A stretch of 64,000 nt of DNA from Porphyromonadaceae bacterium UBA7048. Its GTDB lineage: Bacteria; Bacteroidota; Bacteroidia; Bacteroidales; Muribaculaceae. The stretch spans positions 21,992 through 85,991 of the forward strand of contig DLAL01000047.1 in NCBI GenBank assembly GCA_002493945.1. The letters run 5' to 3'. Numbering within the stretch: position 1 is the first letter of the stretch; each line of letters begins with the position of its first letter. Position numbers and translations under genes: made by a program. Positions 37,497 through 47,897 of this stretch are shown here, one piece after another. Under the pieces are notes generated by a model. It ran no database searches and had not been told where the DNA came from. It saw only the letters and a program-made list of their open reading frames with translations.

Positions 37497-38525
37497 TTAC
37501 TTGGAGTTTTTCTTGTAATACTTGATGAGTTTCGGCACGATGTCTTCCATGTCACCGGTGATGACGTAGTCTGCGATGGTGTTGATGGGAGCGTCGGGGT
37601 CGTTGTTGATGGAGATGATGATGGAGCTCTCCTGCATGCCTGCGATGTGCTGGATCTGACCCGAGATGCCGCATGCGATGTAGAGTTTCGGACGGACGGT
37701 GACACCGGTCTGGCCGATCTGACGTTCGTGCTCGATGAAGCCTGCGTCGACAGCTGCGCGCGATGCGCCTACTTCGCCGCCGAGAGTGTCGGCAAGGTCG
37801 AAGAGGAGCTGGAAGTTTTCTTTCGAACCTACACCGTAGCCGCCGGCGACGATGATGGGGGAGTTCTTGATGTTGATTTTCGATTTCTCGATGTGGCGGT
37901 CGATGATTTCAACGACGAAATCGGTGTCGCTCACGTAGTCGGAAGCCTTAAGGTCGATGACCTGGCCTTTGTGAGCAGGATCGAACACTTCTTTCTTCAT
38001 CACGCCCTCACGCACGGTGGCCATCTGCGGACGGCACTCGGGGTTGACGATGGTGGCGACGATGTTGCCGCCGAAGGCCGGACGGATCTGATAGAGGAGG
38101 TCTGTGTACTCCTTGCCGGTCTTGGGGTCCTTGTGGTCGCCGATTTCAAGTGCGGTGCAGTCAGCGGTGAGACCGCTGTGGAGGCAGGAGCTGACGCGGG
38201 GACCGAGGTCGCGGCCTATGCAGGTGGCACCCATGAGGCATACCTGAGGCTTGATCTCGCGGAAGAGATTGATCAGGATAGCGGCGTGGGGGTTGGAGGT
38301 ATAGGGGAAGAGACGGGCATCCTCCACTTTATATACGGTGTCGGCGCCGTAGGGGAATATCTGCGATTCGATGCCGTCGAGCTTGTCGCCGATGACGATG
38401 GCTTCGAGTTTCACGCCGAGGCGGTCGGCGAGGACTTTGCCTTTGGTAAGAAGTTCGAGGCTTACATCGGCCACACGACCTTCATCGTATTCGCAGTAAA
38501 CTATGAGATTATTCTTGTCTGCCAT
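37497..38525 (-). CDS. etfA: Electron transfer flavoprotein subunit alpha
   Basis: 342 aa with a C-terminal FAD block VAGGYGVGSKENF..LGGEVGASRAAVDAGF..QIGQTGVTVRPKLYIACGISGQIQHIAGM. Confidence 0.9.
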   Translation of the reverse strand: MADKNNLIVYCEYDEGRVADVSLELLTKGKVLADRLGVKLEAIVIGDKLDGIESQIFPYGADTVYKVEDARLFPYTSNPHAAILINLFREIKPQVCLMGATCIGRDLGPRVSSCLHSGLTADCTALEIGDHKDPKTGKEYTDLLYQIRPAFGGNIVATIVNPECRPQMATVREGVMKKEVFDPAHKGQVIDLKASDYVSDTDFVVEIIDRHIEKSKINIKNSPIIVAGGYGVGSKENFQLLFDLADTLGGEVGASRAAVDAGFIEHERQIGQTGVTVRPKLYIACGISGQIQHIAGMQESSIIISINNDPDAPINTIADYVITGDMEDIVPKLIKYYKKNSK

Positions 38526-38545
38526 AGTGATGATAATTTCTTGGA

Positions 38546-39418
38546 TTAGCCGATGGTGTGGTTGGCAATAAGTTCTTGGATGAGTTCTTCAATCTGAGCG
38601 TCATCGTTGTCGAGGCGACGGCTCTCTTTGGCCGTAAACACGACGTTCTCGATGGTCTTCACTTTCGTGGGCGAACCGGCCAGACCGATCTGCTCGGAAT
38701 CGGCTTCGACGAAAGCGGCGCTCCACTCGGCTATGTTGAGTTCGGGGTTGGCTGCCACGCGTGCCTGTGCTTCCTCGCTTAGTTTGGGTAGCTCGCTGGT
38801 CGATGCGGCATATTTGTACTTCATCAGACGCTTGGCGTTGCGCGGACGGCAGTCAGCTGCCGAACCGTTGACAGTCACGACGCAGGGCAGAGGAGCCACC
38901 ACTGTCTCAACGCCATGCTCGAGGCGGCGTTTCACGGTCACTTTGCCGTCGCGGAGATCGAGGATTTCCTCGGCGTATGTCACCTGGGGGATACCGAGTT
39001 TCTCGGCAATCTGGGGGCCGACCTGAGCCGTGTCGCCGTCGATGGCCTGACGGCCGCCGAGGATGATGTCGTAGTTGCCGAACTTCTTGACAGCCTGAGC
39101 CAGAGAGTATGAAGTGGCGAGTGTGTCAGCACCGCCGAGTGCACGGTCAGTAAGAACGATGCCCGCATCGGCACCGCGGTAGATGGCTTCACGGATAATT
39201 TCTGCGGCACGGGGCAGACCCATAGTGAGCAGTGTCACTTTGCTGCCGGGATTTGCATCTTTGAGACGGAGAGCCTGTTCGAGAGCGTTAAGGTCTTCCG
39301 GGTTGAAAATCGCAGGCAGAGCGGCGCGGTTGATCGTACCGTCTTCCTTCATGGCATCCTTGCCTACATTGCGGGTGTCGGGCACCTGCTTGGCAAGTAC
39401 TATGATATTCAAACTCAT
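38546..39418 (-). CDS. etfB: Electron transfer flavoprotein subunit beta (bifurcating-type motif)
   Basis: 290 aa with IVLAKQVPDT, FNPEDLNALEQAL and GGRQAIDGDTAQVGPQIAEKLGIPQVTY. Confidence 0.9.
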   Translation of the reverse strand: MSLNIIVLAKQVPDTRNVGKDAMKEDGTINRAALPAIFNPEDLNALEQALRLKDANPGSKVTLLTMGLPRAAEIIREAIYRGADAGIVLTDRALGGADTLATSYSLAQAVKKFGNYDIILGGRQAIDGDTAQVGPQIAEKLGIPQVTYAEEILDLRDGKVTVKRRLEHGVETVVAPLPCVVTVNGSAADCRPRNAKRLMKYKYAASTSELPKLSEEAQARVAANPELNIAEWSAAFVEADSEQIGLAGSPTKVKTIENVVFTAKESRRLDNDDAQIEELIQELIANHTIG

Positions 39419-39460
39419 AGATTACTTATATTTAGGTTTATATATTTCGGTTTTGACTCA

Positions 39461-39468
39461 CAAAATTA
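39461..39468 (-). promoter_or_regulatory. -7 box TAATTTTG upstream of etfB
   Basis: The reverse complement of caaaatta matches TAnnTTTG, ~43 nt upstream of the start at 39418. Confidence 0.5.
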
Positions 39469-39567
39469 ATGAATTTTGTCGGCACGTCAAAACTTTGACC
39501 CCCGAAGAGGCCTGTTGCTGTGTTAAAATTTCTTATCGAGGCATAAAAATACCGTCGAAATGCACGT

Positions 39568-39595
39568 TCTTCCGGTCAGCGCAGCGTCCGGAAGA
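39568..39595 (-). terminator. Hairpin after purL
   Basis: TCTTCCGG..CCGGAAGA (8-bp stem), ~55 nt past the purL stop. The T tract is weak. Confidence 0.35.
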
Positions 39596-39647
39596 TGGGC
39601 CGTGTAGTGACGGCCTCATGCTTCCGGAGCTGCATCAGTACGGTATG

Positions 39648-42600
39648 TCAATGCTTGGCTTTGACGGCTTTTTCGATCCAGCGGCGTGCGTTGACGAAGG
39701 CTTCAAGCCATACGGTCACTTTCTCGCCGCGGCGGTTTTCGGGATACCATGCCCACTGCCAGGGGAAGATGGCGCGCTCGAGGTGAGGCATGATGGCTAT
39801 GTGACGACCGTCAGCCGATGCGAGTGCTGCCACGTCGCCTTCGCTGCCGTTGGGGTTGCCGGGATACTCGGAGTAGGCGTACTTGGCGGCTACCGAAAGA
39901 CCCGTGGCGCGGAGACCGTCGGCGAAATGGAAGCGTCCTTCTCCGTGTGCCACCCAGATGCCTGCGGTCATGCCCGAAAGGCTGCCGAACATCACGGTTT
40001 CGTTTCTGGGCACCTTTATCGAAAGGAAGGTAGACTCGAATTTGCCTGAGAGGTTGTGGCACATCTGCACCTTGGGCGTGCCGTCGGCGGCGAGTCCGGC
40101 GCCGAGGAGGTCAAGCTCGATCATGAGCTGACAGCCGTTGCAGACGCCGAGGCTGAGAGTATCCTCGCGTGCATAGAAGCGGCGGAGCGATTCTGCTGCC
40201 GTCTCGTTCCACTTGAAGCCGCCTGCCCAGCCTTTGGCCGAACCGAGGACGTCGCTGTTGGAGAAGCCGCCGCAGAACACTATCATGTTGACGTCGTCGA
40301 GGGTCTCGCGGCCGCTCATGAGGTCAGTCATGTGTACGTCCTTGACGTCGAAGCCTGCGAGATAGAGCGAGTAAGCCATCTCACGCTCGCCGTTTACGCC
40401 CTTCTCGCGGATGATGGCGGCGCGTACGCCCGAAGGCTTGCGGCGGTTCTCCTTGAGTTTGAGCGATTCGAGAGTGCCGGTGAAGTGCTTGGGGAAGCGG
40501 TAGCGCAGAGGCTGCTTGTCGAAGTTGGCTAAGCGGCTTTCGGCGCAGGGTACGGCTGTCTGCTGAAGATCGAAGCGGAACGAAGGCTCGAACCAGCGGC
40601 GGCGTGCTGCCGGAATCGACACGAGGATGGTGCGTCCGTCATTGTGCGATATGGTCAGGACGTTCTCGTTGGCCATAGATGCCACGGGGAAGTAACGCAG
40701 GCCCTGCTTGTCGAGGACGGCTTCGACGGCTTTCTTGTTGCGGTCGCGCACCTGAATGAGGACGGCGGGATTCTCGGCGAAGAGAATCTTTATGAGGTCG
40801 GTCTCGCCGTACATGGCGAAGCCGTCGGTGTAGAAGTTGAGGCCGCCTTCGGTGTTTGCGAAGCACATCTCCAGAAGGGCTGTCACCGTACCGCCAGCGC
40901 TCACGTCGTGGATGGCTGCCACGAGGTCGTCATTGACGAGGCCGTTGACAGTGTCGAAGGCATTTGCAAAGTATGCCGGGTCGGCTACGTCGGGAGTGGT
41001 GCCGCCGACTTTTCCGAGAGTCTGGGCGAGGGCTGAGCCGCCGAGTGCCAGCGGACTCTTGCTGAAGTCTATATAATATAAGGTGGAGTTGACCGTATGC
41101 GAGAGCACCGCCGTTGGATTGACAGAGCAGCGGGTGCGTTCGGCCGATGCCGAGATGATGACAGTGCCGGGCGCTGTCACTTTCGAGCCGTCGGCATATT
41201 TCTGAGTCATCGAGAGGCTGTCTTTGCCGGTCGGGATGTTGCAGCCCAGAGCGCAGACGAAGTCGGAGCAAGCCTCTACGGCGCGGTAGAGCGCTGCATC
41301 TTCGCCGGGGTTCTTGCAGGGCCACATCCAGTTGGCGCTCAGGGATACACCCTTGATGCCTTTCTTCAGGCCTGCGCCGACGAGGTTGGTGAGGGCTTCG
41401 GCCACAGACAGACGCGATCCGGCCTCGACATTCGACAGCGCAACCTGAGGCGCGTGGCCGATGGAGGTGGCTATGCCTTCGCGGCCGTGGTAGTCGAGTG
41501 ACACGGCTCCGAAGTCATTGACCGGAAGCTGGAGACGGCCGGCGCACTGCTGGCGTGCGACCTTGCCTGTCACGCTGCGGTCCACCTTGTTGGTGAGCCA
41601 GTCCTTGCAGGCCACGGCGTCGAGTGCAAGCACGTTGTCGATGTACTCGCTGATGAGATTCTGGTCGTATCCGGCTTCGGTGAACGAAGGGGTGACAGTA
41701 GTGTCGTTGATGACGGTCTTGGGCGGATTGCCGAGCATATCCTCCACAGCGAGGTCGATGGCGGCCTGACCGTCCTTGCGACCGAAGTGCAGGCGGTGGT
41801 CGTCAGTGGTCTGTCCGACGACATAAAGCGGAGCGCGCTCGCGCTGGGCTATGCGCTCTACGAGCGGAATCTTATCGGGATCGATGACGAATCCCATGCG
41901 TTCCTGACTCTCGTTACCTATGATTTCCTTGTCTGAAAGGGTGGGGTCGCCGACGGGGAGTGCGTTTATGTCGATGTCGCCGCCTGTCGACTCGATGAGT
42001 TCCGAGAGGGCGTTGAGGTGGCCGCCTGCACCGTGGTCGTGAATCGACACGATGGGATTGTCGGCGCTTTCGGCCATGGTGCGGATGAGGTTGGCCACAC
42101 GCTTCTGCATCTCGGGGTTGGCGCGCTGCACGGCGTTCAGCTCGATGGCTCCGGCATACCGGCCTGTATCGACCGACGAAACGGCGCCGCCGCCCATGCC
42201 GATACGGTAGTTGTCGCCGCCTGCGAGCACGACGGCCTGCCCGGCCTTGGGCTCGCCTTTTATGGCCTGGTCAGCAGCAGCATATCCTACGCCGCCGGCG
42301 AGCATGATGACTTTGTCATAGCCATAGGTGCGCTCGTCCTCGCGGTGCTCGAATGTGAGCAGCGAGCCGCAGATGAGGGGCTGTCCGAATTTATTACCGA
42401 AGTCAGAAGCACCGTTCGACGCTTTTATAAGAATTTCGGCCGGAGTCTGGTAGAGCCAGTTGCGCGGATTGATTGCCGACTCCCACGAGCGGTCCTGGCC
42501 GATGAAGCGCGGATATGATGTCATGTATACGGCAGTGCCGGCGAGGGGAAGACTCGCGCGGCCGCCGCCGAGACGGTCGCGGATTTCGCCGCCGCTTCCT

Positions 42601-43394
42601 GTGGCGGCACCGTTGAAGGGCTCGACGGTCGTCGGGAAGTTGTGTGTCTCGGCTTTGAGCGAAAGTACAGTGTCAATCTTGCGCTCGCTGAAGTACGAGG
42701 GCTCGTCGCCTCGCTCGGGAGCGAACTGCATCACGGCAGGACCTTCGACAAATGCCACATTATCCTTGTAGGCCGACACGAGGCCGTCGGAGTTGACCTT
42801 GCTTGTGCGCTTGATGAGGCCGAACAGGGTAGAGGGCTTCTCTTCGCCGTCGATGATGAATGTGCCGTTGAATATCTTGTGACGGCAGTGCTCGGAGTTC
42901 ACCTGCGAGAAACCGAATACCTCGCTGTCGGTGAGCGGACGGCCCAGACGTGCCGACAGGCCGGCGAGATACTTCTCTTCCTCGTCGCTCAGGGCAAGTC
43001 CTTCGGTGCGGTTGTATTCGTGGATGTCTTCGATGAATACGTGGGGAGCCGGAGTATCGTTGATGTCGAATACATCGGCTCCGGGAGCGGTATATACGGC
43101 CTGAAGCATAGGGTCGAACTGCGGCTCCTCGCCTTCGGCCACCGGCGTGAACATTTCAATACGCGAAATGCCGCCGAGACCCATATTCTGAGTAATCTCA
43201 ACGGCATTGGTGCTCCAAGGCGTAATCATTTCTTTGCGGGGACCGACGAAGGTGCCGCTGAGGGCGGAACCTTCGGTCAGGGGACAAGCGTTTCCGAAAA
43301 GCCAGCGAAGGCGTTCAATCTCGCCTGCGTCAAAACTGTGGTTTGTATTCACGGCATACACCGTGCCTGCGGGGGTTGTAAAAAAAACGACCAT
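39648..43394 (-). CDS. purL: Phosphoribosylformylglycinamidine synthase, single-chain large form
   Basis: 1248 aa. The N-terminal domain, two AIRS-like repeats (SEHCRHKIF, HNFPT, DHGAGG) and a C-terminal glutaminase (LGVCNGCQ, MPHLER) are all present. Confidence 0.95.
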   Translation of the reverse strand: MVVFFTTPAGTVYAVNTNHSFDAGEIERLRWLFGNACPLTEGSALSGTFVGPRKEMITPWSTNAVEITQNMGLGGISRIEMFTPVAEGEEPQFDPMLQAVYTAPGADVFDINDTPAPHVFIEDIHEYNRTEGLALSDEEEKYLAGLSARLGRPLTDSEVFGFSQVNSEHCRHKIFNGTFIIDGEEKPSTLFGLIKRTSKVNSDGLVSAYKDNVAFVEGPAVMQFAPERGDEPSYFSERKIDTVLSLKAETHNFPTTVEPFNGAATGSGGEIRDRLGGGRASLPLAGTAVYMTSYPRFIGQDRSWESAINPRNWLYQTPAEILIKASNGASDFGNKFGQPLICGSLLTFEHREDERTYGYDKVIMLAGGVGYAAADQAIKGEPKAGQAVVLAGGDNYRIGMGGGAVSSVDTGRYAGAIELNAVQRANPEMQKRVANLIRTMAESADNPIVSIHDHGAGGHLNALSELIESTGGDIDINALPVGDPTLSDKEIIGNESQERMGFVIDPDKIPLVERIAQRERAPLYVVGQTTDDHRLHFGRKDGQAAIDLAVEDMLGNPPKTVINDTTVTPSFTEAGYDQNLISEYIDNVLALDAVACKDWLTNKVDRSVTGKVARQQCAGRLQLPVNDFGAVSLDYHGREGIATSIGHAPQVALSNVEAGSRLSVAEALTNLVGAGLKKGIKGVSLSANWMWPCKNPGEDAALYRAVEACSDFVCALGCNIPTGKDSLSMTQKYADGSKVTAPGTVIISASAERTRCSVNPTAVLSHTVNSTLYYIDFSKSPLALGGSALAQTLGKVGGTTPDVADPAYFANAFDTVNGLVNDDLVAAIHDVSAGGTVTALLEMCFANTEGGLNFYTDGFAMYGETDLIKILFAENPAVLIQVRDRNKKAVEAVLDKQGLRYFPVASMANENVLTISHNDGRTILVSIPAARRRWFEPSFRFDLQQTAVPCAESRLANFDKQPLRYRFPKHFTGTLESLKLKENRRKPSGVRAAIIREKGVNGEREMAYSLYLAGFDVKDVHMTDLMSGRETLDDVNMIVFCGGFSNSDVLGSAKGWAGGFKWNETAAESLRRFYAREDTLSLGVCNGCQLMIELDLLGAGLAADGTPKVQMCHNLSGKFESTFLSIKVPRNETVMFGSLSGMTAGIWVAHGEGRFHFADGLRATGLSVAAKYAYSEYPGNPNGSEGDVAALASADGRHIAIMPHLERAIFPWQWAWYPENRRGEKVTVWLEAFVNARRWIEKAVKAKH

Positions 43395-43423
43395 CGATAA
43401 GAAATGTCTTGATTATGATGGTG

Positions 43424-43431
43424 CAAATTTA
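43424..43431 (-). promoter_or_regulatory. -7 box TAAATTTG upstream of purL
   Basis: The reverse complement of caaattta matches TAnnTTTG, 30 nt upstream of the start at 43394. Confidence 0.5.
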
Positions 43432-43475
43432 CGAATTTTTAGCGAATTTACCAAACGTTGGCCATGCACGGAGGG

Positions 43476-44939
43476 TCACTTTTTCTTTTTGCGTCTGCTT
43501 CTGCGCCGAGGCTCGTGCTCGGTGTCGGCAGATATGTCGGCGCGGAGGCGTGCGGTGATAGCCGCCGCCTGCTCGCGTGACAGCCTGGGATTCTCGCAGG
43601 CGGCTTTCATGAGTTCGCTCATGGCGTTCTCGACTTCACGCGTGTGGCCTTCGGACGGCAGCCGGAGTATGCGGCGTACGCGTGCGGCCTTAATCGGAAG
43701 CGCGTAGTTGAACATGGCCGTTCCTTCGCGCCTCAGCTGGTCGGAGCGGCGACGGATGATGTCACATTGGCCGGGCATGCAGTGCGAGGGTGCATAGGAA
43801 CGGTTGTCTGCATTGATGAGCGCGAGCAGATTCGCCAGGCGTTTGGGCGTGCGGCACAGATGCTGGAGGCGCCTCAGGGCTGCATCGGTCATCTTTTCGG
43901 CATCCGGCCCCCACGATTTGGCTGCCTCATGGTGAACACACAGGAAAATCACCTTGTCGATGAACGGCTTGTGGTAGTGCAGCCGTCGGAGTGCCTTGTC
44001 GATGACAGCTGCGCACCGGCGGTCATGGCCGGGGAAGCGTATGCTTCCGTCCTTGTCCTCGGTGTATGCCACGATCTTGCCTATGTCATGCAGGAGCGCG
44101 GCCATGCGCAGCAGAGTGTCGGCAGGCACGCGCTCGACCGTGGCGAGCGTATGCTCCCACACGGTGCCGAAATGGTATTCGGACTGCTTCATGCCGACGG
44201 TAGACATGAGCTCGGGCAGGATGTAGGGCAGGGCGCCGATCTGCCTGAGCATATCCAGCGCCTGGGCCGGATGAGGAGTCATAATGGCCTTCTCGAATTC
44301 TCCGGCCATGCGCTCGGGGCTGATGATGGACAGCCTTGAGGCATAGCGCGACATGGCCTCGAACGCCTGTGGCTCGATTTCCCAGCCGAATTTAGCGGCG
44401 AAGCGGACGGCGCGTATTATGCGCACGGGGTCGTCGTCGAATGTAGTGTCAGGGTCGGACGGAGTGCGGATGATGCGGTTCTCGATATCGGCGAGTCCGC
44501 GTCCGGTGATGTCGAGGGTCTTTCCTGATGATATGTCGTAGTAGAGTGAATTGATGGTCAGGTCGCGTCTGTAGCAGTCGTCCTCGATGGAGCCGAATAC
44601 GGTCGACGGGTCGCGCGATGTACGGTCGGTGTACTTCTCGCGCCGTGTCTGTACGAGTTCGATTTCATCGTCGGGGAATTCCTTCAGCCACAGACGGGCA
44701 GTGCCGTACTTGGGGAAGGTCACAGGCTCGGCCGTGCACAGTCCCTTGTCGTAGAGCCACATGGCAAAGTCTATGCCGCCGTCGGGAGTATTCACGGCCA
44801 GGTCGACGTCCTTGATGGGGAGCCCCATGATGGAGTCGCGGCAGCAGCCGCCTACAGTGAAGACCTTGCCTTCCCATCGGGTATCGCGGATGAGGTCACG
44901 CAACCATGCGCATATGTCGTGGTATAGTTCTGTAGTCAT
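43476..44939 (-). CDS. cca: tRNA nucleotidyltransferase (CCA-adding enzyme family) with HD domain
   Basis: 487 aa with a PolyA_pol head (FTVGGCCRDSIMGLPIKDVDLAV, RRDLTINSL), an HD motif (LLHDIGK) and a basic C-terminal tail. Confidence 0.8.
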   Translation of the reverse strand: MTTELYHDICAWLRDLIRDTRWEGKVFTVGGCCRDSIMGLPIKDVDLAVNTPDGGIDFAMWLYDKGLCTAEPVTFPKYGTARLWLKEFPDDEIELVQTRREKYTDRTSRDPSTVFGSIEDDCYRRDLTINSLYYDISSGKTLDITGRGLADIENRIIRTPSDPDTTFDDDPVRIIRAVRFAAKFGWEIEPQAFEAMSRYASRLSIISPERMAGEFEKAIMTPHPAQALDMLRQIGALPYILPELMSTVGMKQSEYHFGTVWEHTLATVERVPADTLLRMAALLHDIGKIVAYTEDKDGSIRFPGHDRRCAAVIDKALRRLHYHKPFIDKVIFLCVHHEAAKSWGPDAEKMTDAALRRLQHLCRTPKRLANLLALINADNRSYAPSHCMPGQCDIIRRRSDQLRREGTAMFNYALPIKAARVRRILRLPSEGHTREVENAMSELMKAACENPRLSREQAAAITARLRADISADTEHEPRRRSRRKKKK

Positions 44940-45004
44940 ACTGCAATTAATCGGAAAAGATATGCCGGACTACGTCCGCAGACGCAGTCCGGCATGAAAG
45001 GGTT

Positions 45005-47617
45005 TCAGATGGTGGGCTGGGAATCTGCGGATATAATCTGAGTGACGATTTTCTTGGCTTCGGGATCAAATCCGACTATGATTTCGTCGCCTTCACGTAT
45101 AGTGTTGGCAAGGAGGACTTCAGCGAGTTCGTCTTCGAGATACTTCTGTATGGCGCGTTTGAGCGGGCGGGCTCCGAACTGTACGTCGCAGCCTTTGGAT
45201 GCGATGAAGTTCTTGGCCTCGTCGCTGATGGTGACGGAGAGTCCGAGTCCGGCAAGGCGCTTGTAGAATCCGGCAAGCTCGATGTCGATGATCTTGAAGA
45301 TTGCGTCGCGGTCGAGCGTATCGAAAATGATGACGTCGTCGATGCGGTTGAGGAACTCCGGCGAGAAGGCTTTGTTTAGAGCCTTCGTCAGCACGCCGTG
45401 GGAGAACTCGCGGTCGACTTCGCGTGTGTTGAAGCCTACGCCGCTGCCGAACTCCTTGAGCTGCCGGGTGCCGATGTTCGACGTCATGATGATGATGGTG
45501 TTCTTGAAGTCGATGCGTCGTCCGAGGCTGTCGGTGAGACGTCCTTCGTCCATCACCTGCAGGAGGAGATTGAACACGTCGGGGTGTGCTTTCTCGATTT
45601 CGTCAAGAAGCACGACCGAATAGGGATGACGGCGCACACGCTCGGTGAGCTGTCCGCCTTCCTCGTAGCCGACGTATCCCGGAGGCGCGCCGATAAGACG
45701 CGACACGCTGAATTTCTCCATGTACTCGCTCATGTCGATGCGTATCAGTGCGTCGGCTGAGTCGAAGAGATATTCAGCCAGGCGTTTGGCCAGCAGGGTC
45801 TTGCCCACGCCCGTCGGACCGAGGAACATGAATGTGCCGATAGGCTTGGCCGGGTCTTTGAGGCCGAGGCGGTTGCGCTGGATAGCCTTGCAGATTGCCT
45901 GGATGGCGGCGTCCTGTCCGATGACGGAGCCTTTGAGCTTAGGAGCCATCTCGAGCAGGCGCATGCCTTCGGCCTGCGCGATGCGCTGCACGGGAACACC
46001 GGTCATCATAGCCACGACTTCGGCCACTTTGTCAGCGTCGACGGCCACGCGGTTGGCTTCCATCTCTTTCTCCCATTCGGCACGGGCTTTGTCGAGGCGG
46101 TCGGAGAGTTCGGCTGCTTCGTCGCGCAGTCGTGTGGCTTCGGCGAAGTCGTGACGGCCGGCGGCGGCGAGCTTGGCTTCATTAGTCTCGCGGAGCTTGT
46201 TCTCGAGGTCCTCGATCTCGGCCGGAACGCGTATGTTGGTGATGCGCACGCGCGAGCCGGCCTCGTCCAGCGCGTCGATAGCCTTGTCGGGGAAGTTGCG
46301 GTCAGTGATGTAGCGGTCAGTGAGCTTTACACAGGCTTCGAGGGCATCGGGGGTGTAGGTCACGCCGTGATGCTTCTCATAGCGCTCCTTGATATTATTA
46401 AGGATGACAAGAGTCTCCTCGGCCGTGGTGGGCTCTACCATGACTTTCTGGAAGCGGCGCTCGAGAGCGCCGTCCTTCTCTATGTTGACGCGGTACTCGT
46501 CAAGAGTCGTGGCGCCGATGCACTGTATCTCGCCGCGCGCGAGTGCGGGCTTGAGAAGGTTGGCTGCGTCCATTGTGCCCTGAGCGTTGCCTGCGCCCAC
46601 GATGGTATGTATCTCGTCGATGAAGAGGATGATGTCCGGACTCTTGCTGAGCTCGTTAAGAATGGTCTTGATGCGCTCTTCGAACTCGCCGCGATACTTC
46701 GTGCCGGCTACAATCGAGGCCATGTCAAGCGACACGACCCTCTTGCCGAAGAGCGTGCGCGACACCTGACGGCGCACTATGCGGAGTGCAAGGCCCTCGA
46801 CGATGGCCGATTTGCCTACGCCTGGCTCGCCGATGAGCACGGGGTTGTTCTTCTTGCGGCGGCTGAGAATCTGTGCGAGACGCTCTATCTCGACTTCTCG
46901 GCCCACCACGGGGTCGAGCCGGCCTTCTTCAGCAGCCTTGGTCATGTCATTGCCGAATTTGTCGAGCATAGGCGTGTCGATGCGTGCCGTCGTGTTGGTC
47001 TGGCGGCCTTTCGACTTTTTCACGTCGTCGCGCGACGAGCGCATATTCTGCCCGGACTCAGCGGAAGTTCCTTCGGATGCGGCCGGAGGCTCCTTGAAAG
47101 CCGTGTCGCCCGAAGAAATTTCAGAGTCTTCCTCGGGCAGCTCGGCTACGGTCGTGTCGTCGTCCTGCTGTATCTCTGCCTTGACCTGGCGGAGCAGCAT
47201 GTCGTAGTCGAGTCCGGCATTAAAATAAGGTGCTATCGCCGCCATGTTCTTGACTTCCTTGTTGTGGAAGAGCGAGAGCATCAGGTGTTCAAGGCCGACC
47301 AGAGGAGCCTTGAGATAGCGTGCTTCTATGATAGCCAGCTTGATGATGAGTGTGACGATGCGGTTGTAGTAGTCCGCCGTGCGGTCTTCCGTCACGTCCG
47401 GCTCGAGGAGAGCAAGATCGAGATTGCTGCGCAGGCTTTCGAGCTTGGCGGCTCCCACCACGCGCTCCATATAGCGCGCCGAGGGAGTGCCGGGCACTGA
47501 AAGCTGCAGGAGCATGTGGGCCGGCATAATGAAGGGATTGTTGTGCTGGACGCACAAGGGACGCAGGCTGTCGATGAGTTCCTGCGCTTCCTGGGTATAT
47601 TTCTGGTTATTTTCCAT
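45005..47617 (-). CDS. clpC: ClpC-type AAA+ chaperone / Clp ATPase
   Basis: 870 aa with a Clp_N repeat, two Walker A sites ([17 protein letters not shown]) and a short UVR-like middle motif ([16 protein letters not shown]), so ClpC-like rather than ClpB. Confidence 0.85.
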   Translation of the reverse strand: MENNQKYTQEAQELIDSLRPLCVQHNNPFIMPAHMLLQLSVPGTPSARYMERVVGAAKLESLRSNLDLALLEPDVTEDRTADYYNRIVTLIIKLAIIEARYLKAPLVGLEHLMLSLFHNKEVKNMAAIAPYFNAGLDYDMLLRQVKAEIQQDDDTTVAELPEEDSEISSGDTAFKEPPAASEGTSAESGQNMRSSRDDVKKSKGRQTNTTARIDTPMLDKFGNDMTKAAEEGRLDPVVGREVEIERLAQILSRRKKNNPVLIGEPGVGKSAIVEGLALRIVRRQVSRTLFGKRVVSLDMASIVAGTKYRGEFEERIKTILNELSKSPDIILFIDEIHTIVGAGNAQGTMDAANLLKPALARGEIQCIGATTLDEYRVNIEKDGALERRFQKVMVEPTTAEETLVILNNIKERYEKHHGVTYTPDALEACVKLTDRYITDRNFPDKAIDALDEAGSRVRITNIRVPAEIEDLENKLRETNEAKLAAAGRHDFAEATRLRDEAAELSDRLDKARAEWEKEMEANRVAVDADKVAEVVAMMTGVPVQRIAQAEGMRLLEMAPKLKGSVIGQDAAIQAICKAIQRNRLGLKDPAKPIGTFMFLGPTGVGKTLLAKRLAEYLFDSADALIRIDMSEYMEKFSVSRLIGAPPGYVGYEEGGQLTERVRRHPYSVVLLDEIEKAHPDVFNLLLQVMDEGRLTDSLGRRIDFKNTIIIMTSNIGTRQLKEFGSGVGFNTREVDREFSHGVLTKALNKAFSPEFLNRIDDVIIFDTLDRDAIFKIIDIELAGFYKRLAGLGLSVTISDEAKNFIASKGCDVQFGARPLKRAIQKYLEDELAEVLLANTIREGDEIIVGFDPEAKKIVTQIISADSQPTI

Positions 47618-47798
47618 AAGCTGTTTATGAATCCTGTCAGTATAGAAAAAGGCTTCGGCAGACTGACAGACACAATAAACAACGCAATAACCGTGCCAAA
47701 GATTGTGTGTCAGTCCTGAATCATTGTGCGAAGATACGCATAAATCGCCGATTTGTCAAAAAAAAGTAAAGCAACACGAATTTGTCAAAAAAAATTCA

Positions 47799-47806
47799 TA
47801 CCTTTG
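47799..47806 (+). promoter_or_regulatory. -7 box TACCTTTG upstream of gyrA
   Basis: Exact TAnnTTTG match, ~90 nt before the gyrA ATG, with a TTTG element 14 nt upstream. Confidence 0.5.
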
Positions 47807-47897
47807 TATGAAATTTGCGCCTGTGCAGCCTCAGGGACTACCGTTCCCGCCACACTTCAATTGCAGCCGGAGCGCTTAACATATACTTGTATTCAGT

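Noticed and set aside
24745-43394. purM and purL treated as a purine operon or island.
   Set aside because: They are 14 kb apart on opposite strands and separated by unrelated genes (mltF, the PUL, acd-etf). This is ordinary scattered biosynthesis with no clustering signal.
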